A DNA stretch of 55,818 bases from Haliangiales bacterium (GTDB taxonomy: Bacteria > Myxococcota_A > Polyangia > Haliangiales > SHYZ01): contig JBKJOI010000659.1 in assembly GCA_046595695.1 (NCBI GenBank), positions 1 through 55,818 on the forward strand, written 5' to 3'. A program made the position numbers and the translations under genes. The notes beneath the pieces were generated by a model. That model did not search any database. It had not been told where the DNA came from and saw only the letters and a program-made list of their open reading frames with translations. Of this stretch, positions 44,720-54,439 are shown one piece after another. Position 1 is the stretch's first letter; every line of letters begins with the position of its first letter.

Positions 44720-46039
44720 TCAGACGTGCCCGAGCGCGTCGGGGATCTTCATCCAGACGGCGCGGCGGGCGGCCAGGAACGCGGCGACGACCGCGATGCC
44801 ACCGAGGAAGCCCGCGGCGACGAGGTAGGTCGTGGGCACGTACGCAACCTCGAGCGTGATCGCCTCGGCGAGCAGGCCAGCCTTGTAGCTGATCCCGGCG
44901 CGCCCGATCAACCAGACCAGCGGCCCCAGGATCGCGACCCCGATCGCCACGGCCAGGGCCGCCAGGATTGCGGCCTCGCTGGTGAACAGCAGCACGACGT
45001 CGCGGCGCAGGAAGCCGAGGCTGCGCAGCGTGCCGATCTCGCGGACGCGCTCGCTGACCGCCTTCGCCATCGAGTTGAACACCGACATCCCCGCGACCAC
45101 CACGACCACCAGCATCACGAAGTTGCGGAAGACGCCCAGCAGCTCGAGCCCGCGCGTGAAGATTGCGCCGACCGGGTGCTGCTGCCAGGGCACGACCTCG
45201 AGGGCGAGGCCGCGCCGCGCGGCCTCGGCACGCAGGCGCTGCGCGAAGGCTGGCGCGCGCGCGCGGTCGCGCAGCTTCACCGTGTAGCGGGTGACCGCCT
45301 GCGTGCCGGCGAGCCGCTGCGCCAGCGGCAGCGACATCGAGACGAAGCGCAGGTCGAGCCCCTTGAGCGCCACCTCGGTGATGCCGGCGATCTCGGGATC
45401 GACGGCGTTCAGCTGGCCCGACTGCGTCGCAGTGGACAGCTGCACACGTGACCGCTTGCAGGAGAACGGATGCTCGACGGCCACCGGGTGCCCGTCGGCG
45501 TCGTGGCGGCGCGCGCCCGGCTCGGCGCGGCAGTCGAGCATCCGGCCCAGCCCCTGGCCGACCAGGATCACGTCGGCGCCCGCCGAGGCGGCGAAGAGCG
45601 GCTTGCCCGCCTGCACGTCCCACGCCCAGGTCTCGCCGCGCATCGCCCGGCCCTCGGCGACGTCGTGGCCGCGCCCGACGAACACCGTGCTGGTCTTGCC
45701 GTTTGTGACCATGCCGGAGAGCTCGAGGAATCGCACCCGGGTCTCGACCTCGCCGCTCGCGGCCAGGTGCTCGTCCAGGAACGCCTGATCCTCGCTGCCG
45801 AGCACGTACGCCCAGGAGTCGCTCAGGCCCGCGTCGTGCGCCCCGCGGCGCTCGATGATGAGATCGCCGAGCATGCCGCGCACCCGGTAGACCTCGCCGT
45901 AGCGCTCGCGTAGGTCGCTGATGTAGCCCTCGAAGAGGCCGAGCGCGACGAAACCCGCGGTCATCGAGAGCAGCGCGGCGAGGCTGTGGCGCCAGTTCTT
46001 CGCCACGTTGCGCCAGGCCATGCGCAGGATCGCGCGCAC
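44720..46039 (-). CDS. ABC transporter permease (LolC/E, FtsX family)
   Basis: MAWRNVAKNWRHS; ERVREIGTLRSLG. Confidence 0.9.
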   Translation of the reverse strand: MRAILRMAWRNVAKNWRHSLAALLSMTAGFVALGLFEGYISDLRERYGEVYRVRGMLGDLIIERRGAHDAGLSDSWAYVLGSEDQAFLDEHLAASGEVETRVRFLELSGMVTNGKTSTVFVGRGHDVAEGRAMRGETWAWDVQAGKPLFAASAGADVILVGQGLGRMLDCRAEPGARRHDADGHPVAVEHPFSCKRSRVQLSTATQSGQLNAVDPEIAGITEVALKGLDLRFVSMSLPLAQRLAGTQAVTRYTVKLRDRARAPAFAQRLRAEAARRGLALEVVPWQQHPVGAIFTRGLELLGVFRNFVMLVVVVVAGMSVFNSMAKAVSERVREIGTLRSLGFLRRDVVLLFTSEAAILAALAVAIGVAILGPLVWLIGRAGISYKAGLLAEAITLEVAYVPTTYLVAAGFLGGIAVVAAFLAARRAVWMKIPDALGHV

Positions 46040-46042
46040 CGG

Positions 46043-46834
46043 CTAGCGCACGACGTTGTTGACGTTGAAGATGCTGGCCGCGTGCGCCTCGAAGCGCGGC
46101 GCGCCGTACGAAATCTCGGTCCAGTCCTCGGAGGCGGCGTCCTGGATGGTCATCTTGCTGATGAAGTCGAACCCGACGCCGTCGATGGTGACCCGGTTGA
46201 CGTAGGCGAAGCGCGCGGTCTTGAAGACCTTGCCGTCGCGGGTCAAGAACTCCGCCTTCACGCCCAGCCGGCGCTCCTGCGCGACCCAGTAGCGGATGCG
46301 GTCGTAGGTGACGTTGTCGCCGCGCGCCTCGAGCTCGAGCCGCCACGCCTTGGCGCCGTCGATCGTATCCACGCCCACGACCACGCCCTTGTAGTCGCGC
46401 GCGTAGTTCGTGCTCGCGAGGTCACCGTTCGCGGCGAGCCCCTGCAGGCGCTGGCGCGCCGAGATCGAGACCGGCTTGCGCAGGCCGGGCTTCACGAACC
46501 AGATGGTGCGATCGTTGAAGAGCATGACCTCGCCCTTGGTGCGGGGCGGCGAGAGCGACAGCACGTGGGCATCGTTGCCGCGCGCGCGCACCAGGAAGGT
46601 GCGCTCCGATCGCTCCTCCTCGTGGGCGACCACCTCGACGCTCCACGTGATGCCGTCCTTCACGCCGCCGCGCGCGCGATCGGCGCTCGCGAGCAGCACC
46701 TCGGCGGGCGGCTCGGCCGCTGGCGCCGGGTCGGCGCGGCCCACCGCAGCGCCCACCAGCACGCTGAGGACCCCGAGGACGACCAGCACGAAGGAAACGG
46801 AGCGCGCGGTGAGGAGACGAGCGGGATGCGACAT
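46043..46834 (-). CDS. Outer-membrane lipoprotein-sorting protein (LolA-like)
   Basis: Signal peptide; PPRTKG, PVSISARQRL, VTYDRIRYWV, KAEF. Confidence 0.85.
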   Translation of the reverse strand: MSHPARLLTARSVSFVLVVLGVLSVLVGAAVGRADPAPAAEPPAEVLLASADRARGGVKDGITWSVEVVAHEEERSERTFLVRARGNDAHVLSLSPPRTKGEVMLFNDRTIWFVKPGLRKPVSISARQRLQGLAANGDLASTNYARDYKGVVVGVDTIDGAKAWRLELEARGDNVTYDRIRYWVAQERRLGVKAEFLTRDGKVFKTARFAYVNRVTIDGVGFDFISKMTIQDAASEDWTEISYGAPRFEAHAASIFNVNNVVR

Positions 46835-46851
46835 GGGCACGGCCTTTCTGC

Positions 46852-48210
46852 TCAACCGGCGACGGCCGTGTTGAGCTCGACGATGTTCTTGCGCGCGCTG
46901 CGGCGCGTCGCGAGCCAGGTGGCCACGCCACAGAGCAGCAGCATGGCGGCGGCGAGGCCGGCGCACGCGGGCGCGTCGGGCGTGATCAGCAGCTGGATCG
47001 GGCGCGCCACGCCGGGCGGATGGAAGCGGATGTCGGCGACGTTCACCAGGCGGGCGACCACGAGCCCGAGCCCGAGCCCGGCGACCACGCCGAGGCCGGT
47101 GAGCACCAGACCCTCGCGCAGGAACAGCCCGGTCACCTGACCGCGGGTGAAGCCGAGCGATCGAAACGTCCCGATCTCCCGGGTCCGCTCCAGGATCGTC
47201 ATGGTCATGGAGTTCAGCACCGACAGCACGACGACGGTGACGACGATGACGGCCATGACGCCCACCATCACGAGCAGGAAGCGCACCGTGCCCACGTAGT
47301 AGGGGTTCGCGTCCTCGTGGTCGTAGGCGTAGGCATCGATCGCCACGCCGCGGGCGGCGAGCGTCCGCTCGAGGCGCGCGGCGACGGCGCGCGCCCGCGT
47401 CGGATCGCGCAGGTACACCGCGATGTGGGTCACGCGCTCGGTGTCGTAGAGGCGCTGCAGCTGCTCGACCGAGGTGAGCAGGGCCGAGTCGTCGAAGGCC
47501 GCCTCGCCGGTCGAGTAGATCCCGACGACGTCGCCGTCGATGGCGGTGAAGCTACCGTCGAAGCTGGCGCCGGCGAGCTGGACGTTGGCGTCGCCGGCGA
47601 TGCGCGCGGCGGCGTCGGCGGCGGCACAGTCGAGCGGCATGATCGGCCCCGGCGGCGGCAACTCGGCGAGCACGCGCGGCTTGCCGAGCTGCCGGGCGAG
47701 GCCCTCGGCGAGCATGATCGGGCCGGGCGCGTCGCCCGCCTCGGAGGTGCTGCGGCCGCGGATCGGCCGCGCCAGATCGGCGACCCACCTGCGCACCTCG
47801 GGATGGCGGCGGATGCGGCGTTCGAGCTCGAGGTCCACGCCGAGCGCGACGAAGGGCACGCTCTTGCAGCCGTTGCCGGCGAGCCCGGTGCCGTCCAGCG
47901 TGCGCCCCCAGAGCTCGACCTCGGGGTCGTGCGCGAGCGCGGCGGCGATCGCGCGCTGCGCCTCGACGTCGAGGCTGTAGACCTTTGGCTTGACCAGGCG
48001 CAGATCGAGCCCGTCCTCGGCGTAGACGGCGACGTGCCCCAGGTACTGCAGGTACACCGTGGCGGTGCGCAGGTAGCGCTCGACGCGGATGGCGTAGCCG
48101 GCGAGCAGCACCAGGCCAGCGTAGCCGAGCACGATCGCGAGCCAGGTCGCCAGGTTGCGCCGCCGGTTGCGCGTGAGGTTGCGCACCGCGAGCCGCCAGG
48201 CGCCGCTCAC
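46852..48210 (-). CDS. ABC transporter permease (LolC/E, FtsX family)
   Basis: LAVRNLTRNRRR; ERTREIGTFRSLG. Confidence 0.9.
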   Translation of the reverse strand: MSGAWRLAVRNLTRNRRRNLATWLAIVLGYAGLVLLAGYAIRVERYLRTATVYLQYLGHVAVYAEDGLDLRLVKPKVYSLDVEAQRAIAAALAHDPEVELWGRTLDGTGLAGNGCKSVPFVALGVDLELERRIRRHPEVRRWVADLARPIRGRSTSEAGDAPGPIMLAEGLARQLGKPRVLAELPPPGPIMPLDCAAADAAARIAGDANVQLAGASFDGSFTAIDGDVVGIYSTGEAAFDDSALLTSVEQLQRLYDTERVTHIAVYLRDPTRARAVAARLERTLAARGVAIDAYAYDHEDANPYYVGTVRFLLVMVGVMAVIVVTVVVLSVLNSMTMTILERTREIGTFRSLGFTRGQVTGLFLREGLVLTGLGVVAGLGLGLVVARLVNVADIRFHPPGVARPIQLLITPDAPACAGLAAAMLLLCGVATWLATRRSARKNIVELNTAVAG

Positions 48211-48220
48211 GCGCGCGTCC

Positions 48221-48901
48221 TCAAGGCACGAGCTTTCCGTCGTGGATGCGCACGGTGCGCACCACCCGCGACATCAGCTTCTCGTCGTGCGTGGAGAAGA
48301 AGAAGGTCACGCCGCGGCGCGCGTTCAGGCCGAGCATGAGATCGATGATCCGGTGCGTGGTGACTGAGTCCAGGCTCGCGGTCGGCTCGTCGGCGATCAC
48401 GAGCAGCGGATCGCCGGCCAGGGTGCGCGCGATCGCCACCCGCTGCCGCTGCCCGCCAGACAGCTTGTCGGGGCGCTGGCGCGCATACTCGCGGATGCCC
48501 ACCTCGTCGAGGGCGGTGAGCACGCGCTCGCGCCGCTCGCCCGCGGGGATGTTCGGGTTGATGAGCAGCGGCAGCTCCACGTTCTCGAAGACGTCGAGCA
48601 CGGGACACAGGTTGAACGACTGGAAGATGAAGCCGATCCGCTGGTTGCGCAGGCGGCTCAGGGCGTCGTCGGAGAGGCGGGCGACGTCTTGCCCCTCGAT
48701 CAGCACGGTCCCGCGGTCCGGGGAATCGAGCCCGCCGGCGAGGTTCAGCAGGGTGCTCTTGCCCGATCCGGAGGCGCCGACGAGGGCGGTGAACTCGCCG
48801 GCGTGGAGCTCGAGCGTGACCCCGCGCAGCGCGGGCACGCGCGTCTCGCCGAGCCGGTAGGTCTTCTCGACGTCGTGGAGCTCGACGATGGTGTTGGCCA
48901 T
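48221..48901 (-). CDS. ABC transporter ATP-binding protein (LolD/MacB-like)
   Basis: GASGSGKS, FIFQSFNL, LSGGQRQR, ADEPT, STHD. Confidence 0.95.
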   Translation of the reverse strand: MANTIVELHDVEKTYRLGETRVPALRGVTLELHAGEFTALVGASGSGKSTLLNLAGGLDSPDRGTVLIEGQDVARLSDDALSRLRNQRIGFIFQSFNLCPVLDVFENVELPLLINPNIPAGERRERVLTALDEVGIREYARQRPDKLSGGQRQRVAIARTLAGDPLLVIADEPTASLDSVTTHRIIDLMLGLNARRGVTFFFSTHDEKLMSRVVRTVRIHDGKLVP

Positions 48902-48911
48902 TGGGTTCAGG

Positions 48912-50186
48912 TCACCAGCTGTGCTTGGCCGCGATCAGCAGCCCGCCCCGGACGAACCGGTCGAGCTCACCGTCACGCGGGCCGTGGACGCCGCTGAGCG
49001 AGAAGTAGAGGCTCAGCGAGCCGGACGCGAGCCATTCTCCGGTCAGCGACCCGCCGCCCGAGCCATCGCGCAGGCTCACCAGGTAGCGGGCGTGCAGCGT
49101 CAGCGCCTCGCTGCAGCCCAGCTCGGGCAGCAGCAGCGACGCGTACGCGTAGTCCTTGCCGACCAGCTCGAGGCCGGGCGCGAGGTACGGCAGGACCGTC
49201 GCGGGCGCGAGCGCCGCGCCCGCGCGGACCAGCGCGACCGCGCGCGCGACCTCGTCACCGTCCCAGCCGGCGTCGTGGTGGACGACCTCGGCGCGGAGAT
49301 CGACGCCACCTTGCCAGGTGTAGCGCGCGCCCACGACGCCGAGCGTGAACAGCCGGTCGTCGTCCAGTTGGCGACGCGCCCAGGTGGGCCCGCTCGCCTC
49401 GAGCACGGGATACCAGGCGCGCGATCCGCGCGTGTGCACGACGTCGGCGTAGACCGAAACCGCGTCGGTGATCTGCCACATGCCGTACTCGCCGAACCAG
49501 GCGCGCGCCGCCTCGCCATCCCCCGCGGTGACGCCCACATAGGCGGCGCCGCTGATGGTCGCGTACTCGAGCTTGACCTGGCCTTTCGGCGTGAAGTCGT
49601 CGCCAGCGTTGAACGACGGCCCATCCGCTGCCGCGCGTGGCTCGAGCAGGAAGACCGCGCTCCAGCTCTTGCCCAGCGAGACGTTGGCGCGGAACAGGTG
49701 CTGGCCGTACCAGATCGTGAGCGGCGTGGTGTCGTACCCGGTCTGGTGGAACAGCCGGTTCGAGGGGCTCATGATCTCGGCGGGGCCCCACTGGAAGTTC
49801 TGCAGGCCGTACGCCAGGGTCAGCCGCTCCGACACATTCCACACGCCGTAGAGCTCGACGAGCTCGGCCGCGTAGGTCGAGGCGAGCGTGCCGCCGGCGC
49901 CAAGGTCGGCCCCGTTGGCCGTCCACGCGCCGGCGCCGACGAAGCGCGGGCGCAGCACGAGCGAGGCCGCGCCGAGATCCCAGCGCAGGCTCGGGCGCAA
50001 CTCGACGGCCGCGATCGTGCTCGGGATGCGCAGCACCCGGTTGTCGGGGTTGGCATCGCTGGCGGCGACCAAGTAGCCCTGTGCGGCGGCGATCGCGTCG
50101 AGCGAGCCGAGGAAGGACACCTCGTCGGCTGCGGCGGAGCGGGCGACCAGCAGCGCGGCGCAGCACGCCAGCACGCGCAGCGTCAC
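48912..50186 (-). CDS. Probable outer-membrane beta-barrel protein
   Basis: Signal peptide; GLQNFQWGP..SPSN; amphipathic strands; terminal W; GTGA overlap with TetR. Confidence 0.75.
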   Translation of the reverse strand: MTLRVLACCAALLVARSAAADEVSFLGSLDAIAAAQGYLVAASDANPDNRVLRIPSTIAAVELRPSLRWDLGAASLVLRPRFVGAGAWTANGADLGAGGTLASTYAAELVELYGVWNVSERLTLAYGLQNFQWGPAEIMSPSNRLFHQTGYDTTPLTIWYGQHLFRANVSLGKSWSAVFLLEPRAAADGPSFNAGDDFTPKGQVKLEYATISGAAYVGVTAGDGEAARAWFGEYGMWQITDAVSVYADVVHTRGSRAWYPVLEASGPTWARRQLDDDRLFTLGVVGARYTWQGGVDLRAEVVHHDAGWDGDEVARAVALVRAGAALAPATVLPYLAPGLELVGKDYAYASLLLPELGCSEALTLHARYLVSLRDGSGGGSLTGEWLASGSLSLYFSLSGVHGPRDGELDRFVRGGLLIAAKHSW

Positions 50187-50815
50187 TCGAGCCCCCGGAG
50201 GACCGCGTCGATGGCGCGCCGCAGGAGCCCGGTCAGGTCGGGGATCGGCCGGCCCGGGCTGGCGCCGGCACGGCGCGCCATGTCCCACTGGAAGAACACG
50301 CCGAAATAGGCGCCGGTGAGGATCATCGCCCCCTCGACCGCGTCGCTGCCGGCCGCGAGCTCGCCGCGGCGCTGGCCCTCCTTGACCAGCGACACCATGG
50401 CCTGCAGCAGCCGGTCGCGGGCCGGCGCATCGGCCGCGACCACCGCGAACGAGCGGAACACCGCGTCGACAAACAGCCGTGACAGCTCGTGGTCTTCCTG
50501 GTGCCAGTCGGCGAGCGCGACGAAGACCTCGAGGATGCGCTCGCGCACCGGCGCGTTCGCCCGCGCGGCCTCCCCGAGCCGGAGGAAGATCGCCTCCTGG
50601 ATCCGCCCTCCGAAGTCCTGCACCACCGCCTCCTTGGTCGGGAAGTGGGTGAAGAAGGTGCCCTTGCCGACGTCGGCGTGGCTGGTGATGTCGGCGACGG
50701 TCGTGGCCTCGAAGCCCTTCTCGGCGAAGAGCGCCAGGGCCGATCGGAGCAGCCGCTCGCGCGTCTCCTCCATGCGGCGCAGGACGCGCGGCGGCGTCGC
50801 TCGACCTCGGGTCAT
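50183..50815 (-). CDS. TetR/AcrR-family regulator
   Basis: LFAEKGFEATTVADI..VGKGTFFTHFPTKE. Confidence 0.93.
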   Translation of the reverse strand: MTRGRATPPRVLRRMEETRERLLRSALALFAEKGFEATTVADITSHADVGKGTFFTHFPTKEAVVQDFGGRIQEAIFLRLGEAARANAPVRERILEVFVALADWHQEDHELSRLFVDAVFRSFAVVAADAPARDRLLQAMVSLVKEGQRRGELAAGSDAVEGAMILTGAYFGVFFQWDMARRAGASPGRPIPDLTGLLRRAIDAVLRGLE

Positions 50816-50849
50816 CTCTGACCTTTAGTCTGAGTCGACCGGCGCATGG

Positions 50850-50863
50850 TTGACCGCGGTCAA
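50850..50863. promoter_or_regulatory. FNR box (perfect palindrome)
   Basis: TTGAC-CGCG-GTCAA; centre 41.5 nt before ATG 50815. Confidence 0.85.
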
Positions 50864-50904
50864 GGCCGAGGCGTCTGATTGACGTGGGCTCCTGATCGCA
50901 CGCC

Positions 50905-50920
50905 TGGCACGGGGCTCGCA
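50905..50920 (+). promoter_or_regulatory. sigma54 promoter
   Basis: TGGCAC-GGGGC-TCGCA, 13 nt before ATG 50934. Confidence 0.7.
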
Positions 50921-50933
50921 GAGTTCGGCGCGC

Positions 50934-51914
50934 ATGCTTGCCGCTCGCTCCCCGATCCGATCCGCTCCGCGCTCGTCGCGCTCGTCGCGCTCGTCGCGCC
51001 GGTCGCGTGCACCGAGGCGCCGGCCCGCGGCGCGCCGATCAAGCTTTTCGTCGCCGCGCAGAGCTCGGGCAGCATTGTGGTGCTCGACGACGACAACATC
51101 GACCCGCTCGCGACCATCTCCACCGGTGGGTGCTCGCCCCACAACTTCGCGCTCACCGCCGACCGCATGCACCCGCTGGTGGCCTGCGACGATCTGACCG
51201 GCGAAGAACCCGACCAGTTGCTGGTGATCGATCCTGCAACCAACGCGGTCGGTCCGGCTCACCGATCTGACCCTGGGCGTCGAGATGAGCTACCCGGCGC
51301 TGCGCCGACCCCATGGCCTGCGCGCCTGCGGCGACGGACGGCGCCTCTACAACGCCAACACCGAGGGCAGCGTCAGCGAGCTCGACGTCGCCACCGGGCT
51401 GGTGCTGCGCGAGTGGGCCCTGCCCGGCCCGGCGATCCAGGTCGCGGTCGGCACCGACGCGATCTTCGCGACGGTAAGCTACCCGCCCGTGGTCGCACGC
51501 ATCCCGCTGCACGGCGGTGAGGCGAGCTCGTACCCCGTGCCCGGCGCCCACGAGCTCGCGCAGGTCACGCTCACGCCTGACGGCGCGCACCGGCTGGTCG
51601 CCGACCAGGGCACTGCCGACCGCTCGGGCAACCGGCTGTTCGTCCTCGACGCGCGCACCGGCGCGCTCGAGCGCAGCATCGAGGTCGGGCTGGGCGCGCA
51701 CGGCGTGGCGGTCGCGCCGGACGGCCGGCGCGCCTGGATCTCGGCGCTCTTCGACCACACCGTCACCCTCGTCGACCTCGAGAGCGGCCACGTGATCGCG
51801 GTCGAGCGCGCCGGCCATGCGCCCGCTGGCCGCCGGGCTGGGCATCCCGGTCGCGACGGCACGCGCCTCAGCCGCGCGCGCCTGCGCCTCCGCGTGCTGC
51901 TGCGCAAGCAGTGA
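50934..51914 (+). pseudogene. Frameshifted YVTN/YncE beta-propeller lipoprotein
   Basis: PVAC lipobox and PHNFALTAD in one frame; PHGL..DGRRLY and AHGVAVAPDGRRAW in another. Confidence 0.7.
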
Positions 51915-51943
51915 GTCAGCCAGCGGGGCGCGGGCTCAGGCCC

Positions 51944-52441
51944 TCAGATGCCACCCGAGGGGCGAGCGGCAACCACTTCCTCGACGATCCGCAACAGCTC
52001 GCTGTGATGTACCGGCTTGGCCAGGTAGCGCATGAGCGGCGAACGCACGGCGCCGCGGCCGTCGGACGCGCTGACGATCACGATCGGAACCTGGGCGAAG
52101 CGGCTGTAGGAGCGCAACACGTCGATGAACTCGAGACCGTCCATGACCGGCATGAGCAGATCGAGGACGATCAAGAGCGGCGTCGCGTGATCCATGAGCA
52201 GCTCGAGCGCCTCCTTGCCGTTGCGCGCCGCGATCACGGCGTAGCCCGCGGCGTGCAGGCTGGTCCGAAAGAGCTCTTGCGCGTCCTCGCTGTCGTCGAC
52301 CACGAGCACCATGCCGCGGCGCCGCAGCGCGCGCGGGATCTTTCCGGTGACCGCCTCGTCGTCGATCACGTCGGCGACGACGCCGTCCTGGTCTTCGGAT
52401 CCTGCACACGCGGGCGCTGAGATGGCGTTGGTTTGCTGCAT
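51944..52441 (-). CDS. Response regulator receiver protein
   Basis: VLVVDDSED, IVLDLLMPVMDG, IVSA, AKP. Confidence 0.88.
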   Translation of the reverse strand: MQQTNAISAPACAGSEDQDGVVADVIDDEAVTGKIPRALRRRGMVLVVDDSEDAQELFRTSLHAAGYAVIAARNGKEALELLMDHATPLLIVLDLLMPVMDGLEFIDVLRSYSRFAQVPIVIVSASDGRGAVRSPLMRYLAKPVHHSELLRIVEEVVAARPSGGI

Positions 52442-52461
52442 GTCGTGCCGTGCTGGAGTCG

Positions 52462-52477
52462 AGCAAGCGCCGCGCCA
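52462..52477 (-). promoter_or_regulatory. sigma54 promoter
   Basis: TGGCGC-GGCGC-TTGCT, 20 nt before ATG 52441. Confidence 0.65.
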
Positions 52478-52778
52478 ACCACGCGGCGTTCTGAAGGCCG
52501 TAAAGCTCGGCAAAGGCGATGGGACCAGGCGCCGGACCTGCGCACTCCCGCCACATGAGGCAGACGCGCACGGGGCAGGCCGCGCGCAACCGATTTGACG
52601 CGGCGCGGCTTCGTGGGACCCGAGACACCAGCGCGCGCGACCGCGAGCCCCGTCACCGAGGGAGGCGCGGAAGCGTCCCCCCTGAGGACAGTGGTCCACA
52701 CATTGGGTACTAAAATCCCATGCAATTTCGCCTACTTTCCTCTGACCCGATCAGCCCCGCGTACCGCACTGTCCATGT

Positions 52779-54431
52779 ATGAACCGCACCAAAGACCGTT
52801 TTCAGCGGCAACCCTGGGTCGTCGGCGCGCTGCTGGTCAGCCTGCTCGCCGGTTGCGTCGGCGACATCCTCGGCGGCGCCGGCGGATCCGGCGACGACGA
52901 CGACGCGCCCCCGGTGATCACGCCCGGCGAGCCCTGCGACGACGAGCGCCCCGCCGCGCGCCAGCTCCGGCTGCTGACGCGACGCGAGTACCAGAACACC
53001 CTGCGCGATCTCCTGAACGTGGAGATCGACATCTCGACCATCCCGGTCGAGCCGCGCGTGAAGGGCTTCGACAACAACGCGGCCGCGATGGTGGTCACCA
53101 GCCGTCACATGGACGCGTTCCTGGCGCTGGCCGAGGACGCGAGCGAGCGCGCCATCACCACGCAGCGCGCCAACATCCTCGAGTGCGACCCGGCGGTGAC
53201 CGGCTGTGCGCAGCAGTTCGTGCAGGAGCTGGGGCTGCGCGTCATGCGCCGTCCGCTCACCACCGCGGAGATCAACACTTACGCGTCGGCGTTCGCGGGC
53301 CAGAGCTTCGACGACGGCATGCGCATCTCCATGGCGACCATGCTGATCTCGCCCGGCTTCCTGTACCGCTGGGAGATCGGCGAGCTCGCCGGCGGCGTCG
53401 CACAGCTGACCCCCTACGAGATCGCCTCGGCGCTGTCTTACCTGTTCTGGGGCACCATGCCCGACCAGGCGCTCTTCGACGCGGCCGCAACCGGCGGCCT
53501 CGAGACCGCCGCAGACATCACCACGCAGGCGCGCCGGCTGCTCGCCGATCCGCGCGCCCGTGACCAGGTCGCCGACTTCGCCGGCCAGTGGCTGCGCACC
53601 GACGGCATCACCTCGAACAAGGACACCTCGGTCTATCCCGCCTTCACCGACGAGATCCGCGAGGCGATGACCGAGGAGGAGCGCCGCTTCATCAATCACG
53701 TCGTCTTCGATCTGAACGGCAGCTTCAAGGAACTGTTCAACGCCGACTACGTGATCGTGAACGACGCGCTCGCCTCCTTCTATGGCGTGCCCGCGCCGGG
53801 CAACGGCTTCGCCGAGGTGACCCTCCCGGCCGACAGCGGCCGTGGCGGCGTGCTCGGCCTGGGCAGCGTGCTCGCCAGCCACGCGCACTCGAACGAGTCG
53901 TCGCCGATCAAGCGCGGCGTGTTCGTGCGCGGCCGCATCCTGTGCCAGGACCTGCCGCCGCCGCCGCCCGACGTCGACGCGACGCCGCCCGGGCTCGATC
54001 CCTCCCTGACCACGCGCGAGCGCTTCGCCCAGCACACCGCGGATCCCTCGTGCGCCGGCTGCCACCGTTTCATCGACGGCGTCGGCTTCGGCTTCGAGGG
54101 CTTCGACGGCGTCGGCGCCCGCCGGACGCTCGAGAACGGCCTGGCCATCGACATGAGCGGCGAGGTCGTGGGCATGGAAGGCCTGAGCCTCGACACCAAG
54201 CAGACCTTCAACGACGTGCCGCAGCTCAGCAGCATGCTCGCCGACAGCGAGACCGCGCAGAGCTGCTTCCCGCTGCAGTACTTCCGCTACGCGCGCGGCG
54301 TCGAGGAGACCGTCTACGACTCCTGCGCCGTGCACAACCTGCACCTCGAGTTCGCCGAGTCCGACCTCAGCATCCAGGAGATGCTGGTCGCGATCGTCGG
54401 TCTAAACACCTTCACCAAGCGCAAGGATTAG
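52779..54431 (+). CDS. DUF1592-family lipoprotein (DUF1587/1595/1592/1588/1585)
   Basis: LAGC; LRLLTRREYQNTLRDL; SPGFLYR; ASALSYLFWGTMPD; SSPIKRG; CAGCH. Confidence 0.92.
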   Translation: MNRTKDRFQRQPWVVGALLVSLLAGCVGDILGGAGGSGDDDDAPPVITPGEPCDDERPAARQLRLLTRREYQNTLRDLLNVEIDISTIPVEPRVKGFDNNAAAMVVTSRHMDAFLALAEDASERAITTQRANILECDPAVTGCAQQFVQELGLRVMRRPLTTAEINTYASAFAGQSFDDGMRISMATMLISPGFLYRWEIGELAGGVAQLTPYEIASALSYLFWGTMPDQALFDAAATGGLETAADITTQARRLLADPRARDQVADFAGQWLRTDGITSNKDTSVYPAFTDEIREAMTEEERRFINHVVFDLNGSFKELFNADYVIVNDALASFYGVPAPGNGFAEVTLPADSGRGGVLGLGSVLASHAHSNESSPIKRGVFVRGRILCQDLPPPPPDVDATPPGLDPSLTTRERFAQHTADPSCAGCHRFIDGVGFGFEGFDGVGARRTLENGLAIDMSGEVVGMEGLSLDTKQTFNDVPQLSSMLADSETAQSCFPLQYFRYARGVEETVYDSCAVHNLHLEFAESDLSIQEMLVAIVGLNTFTKRKD

Positions 54432-54439
54432 AGGACGCC

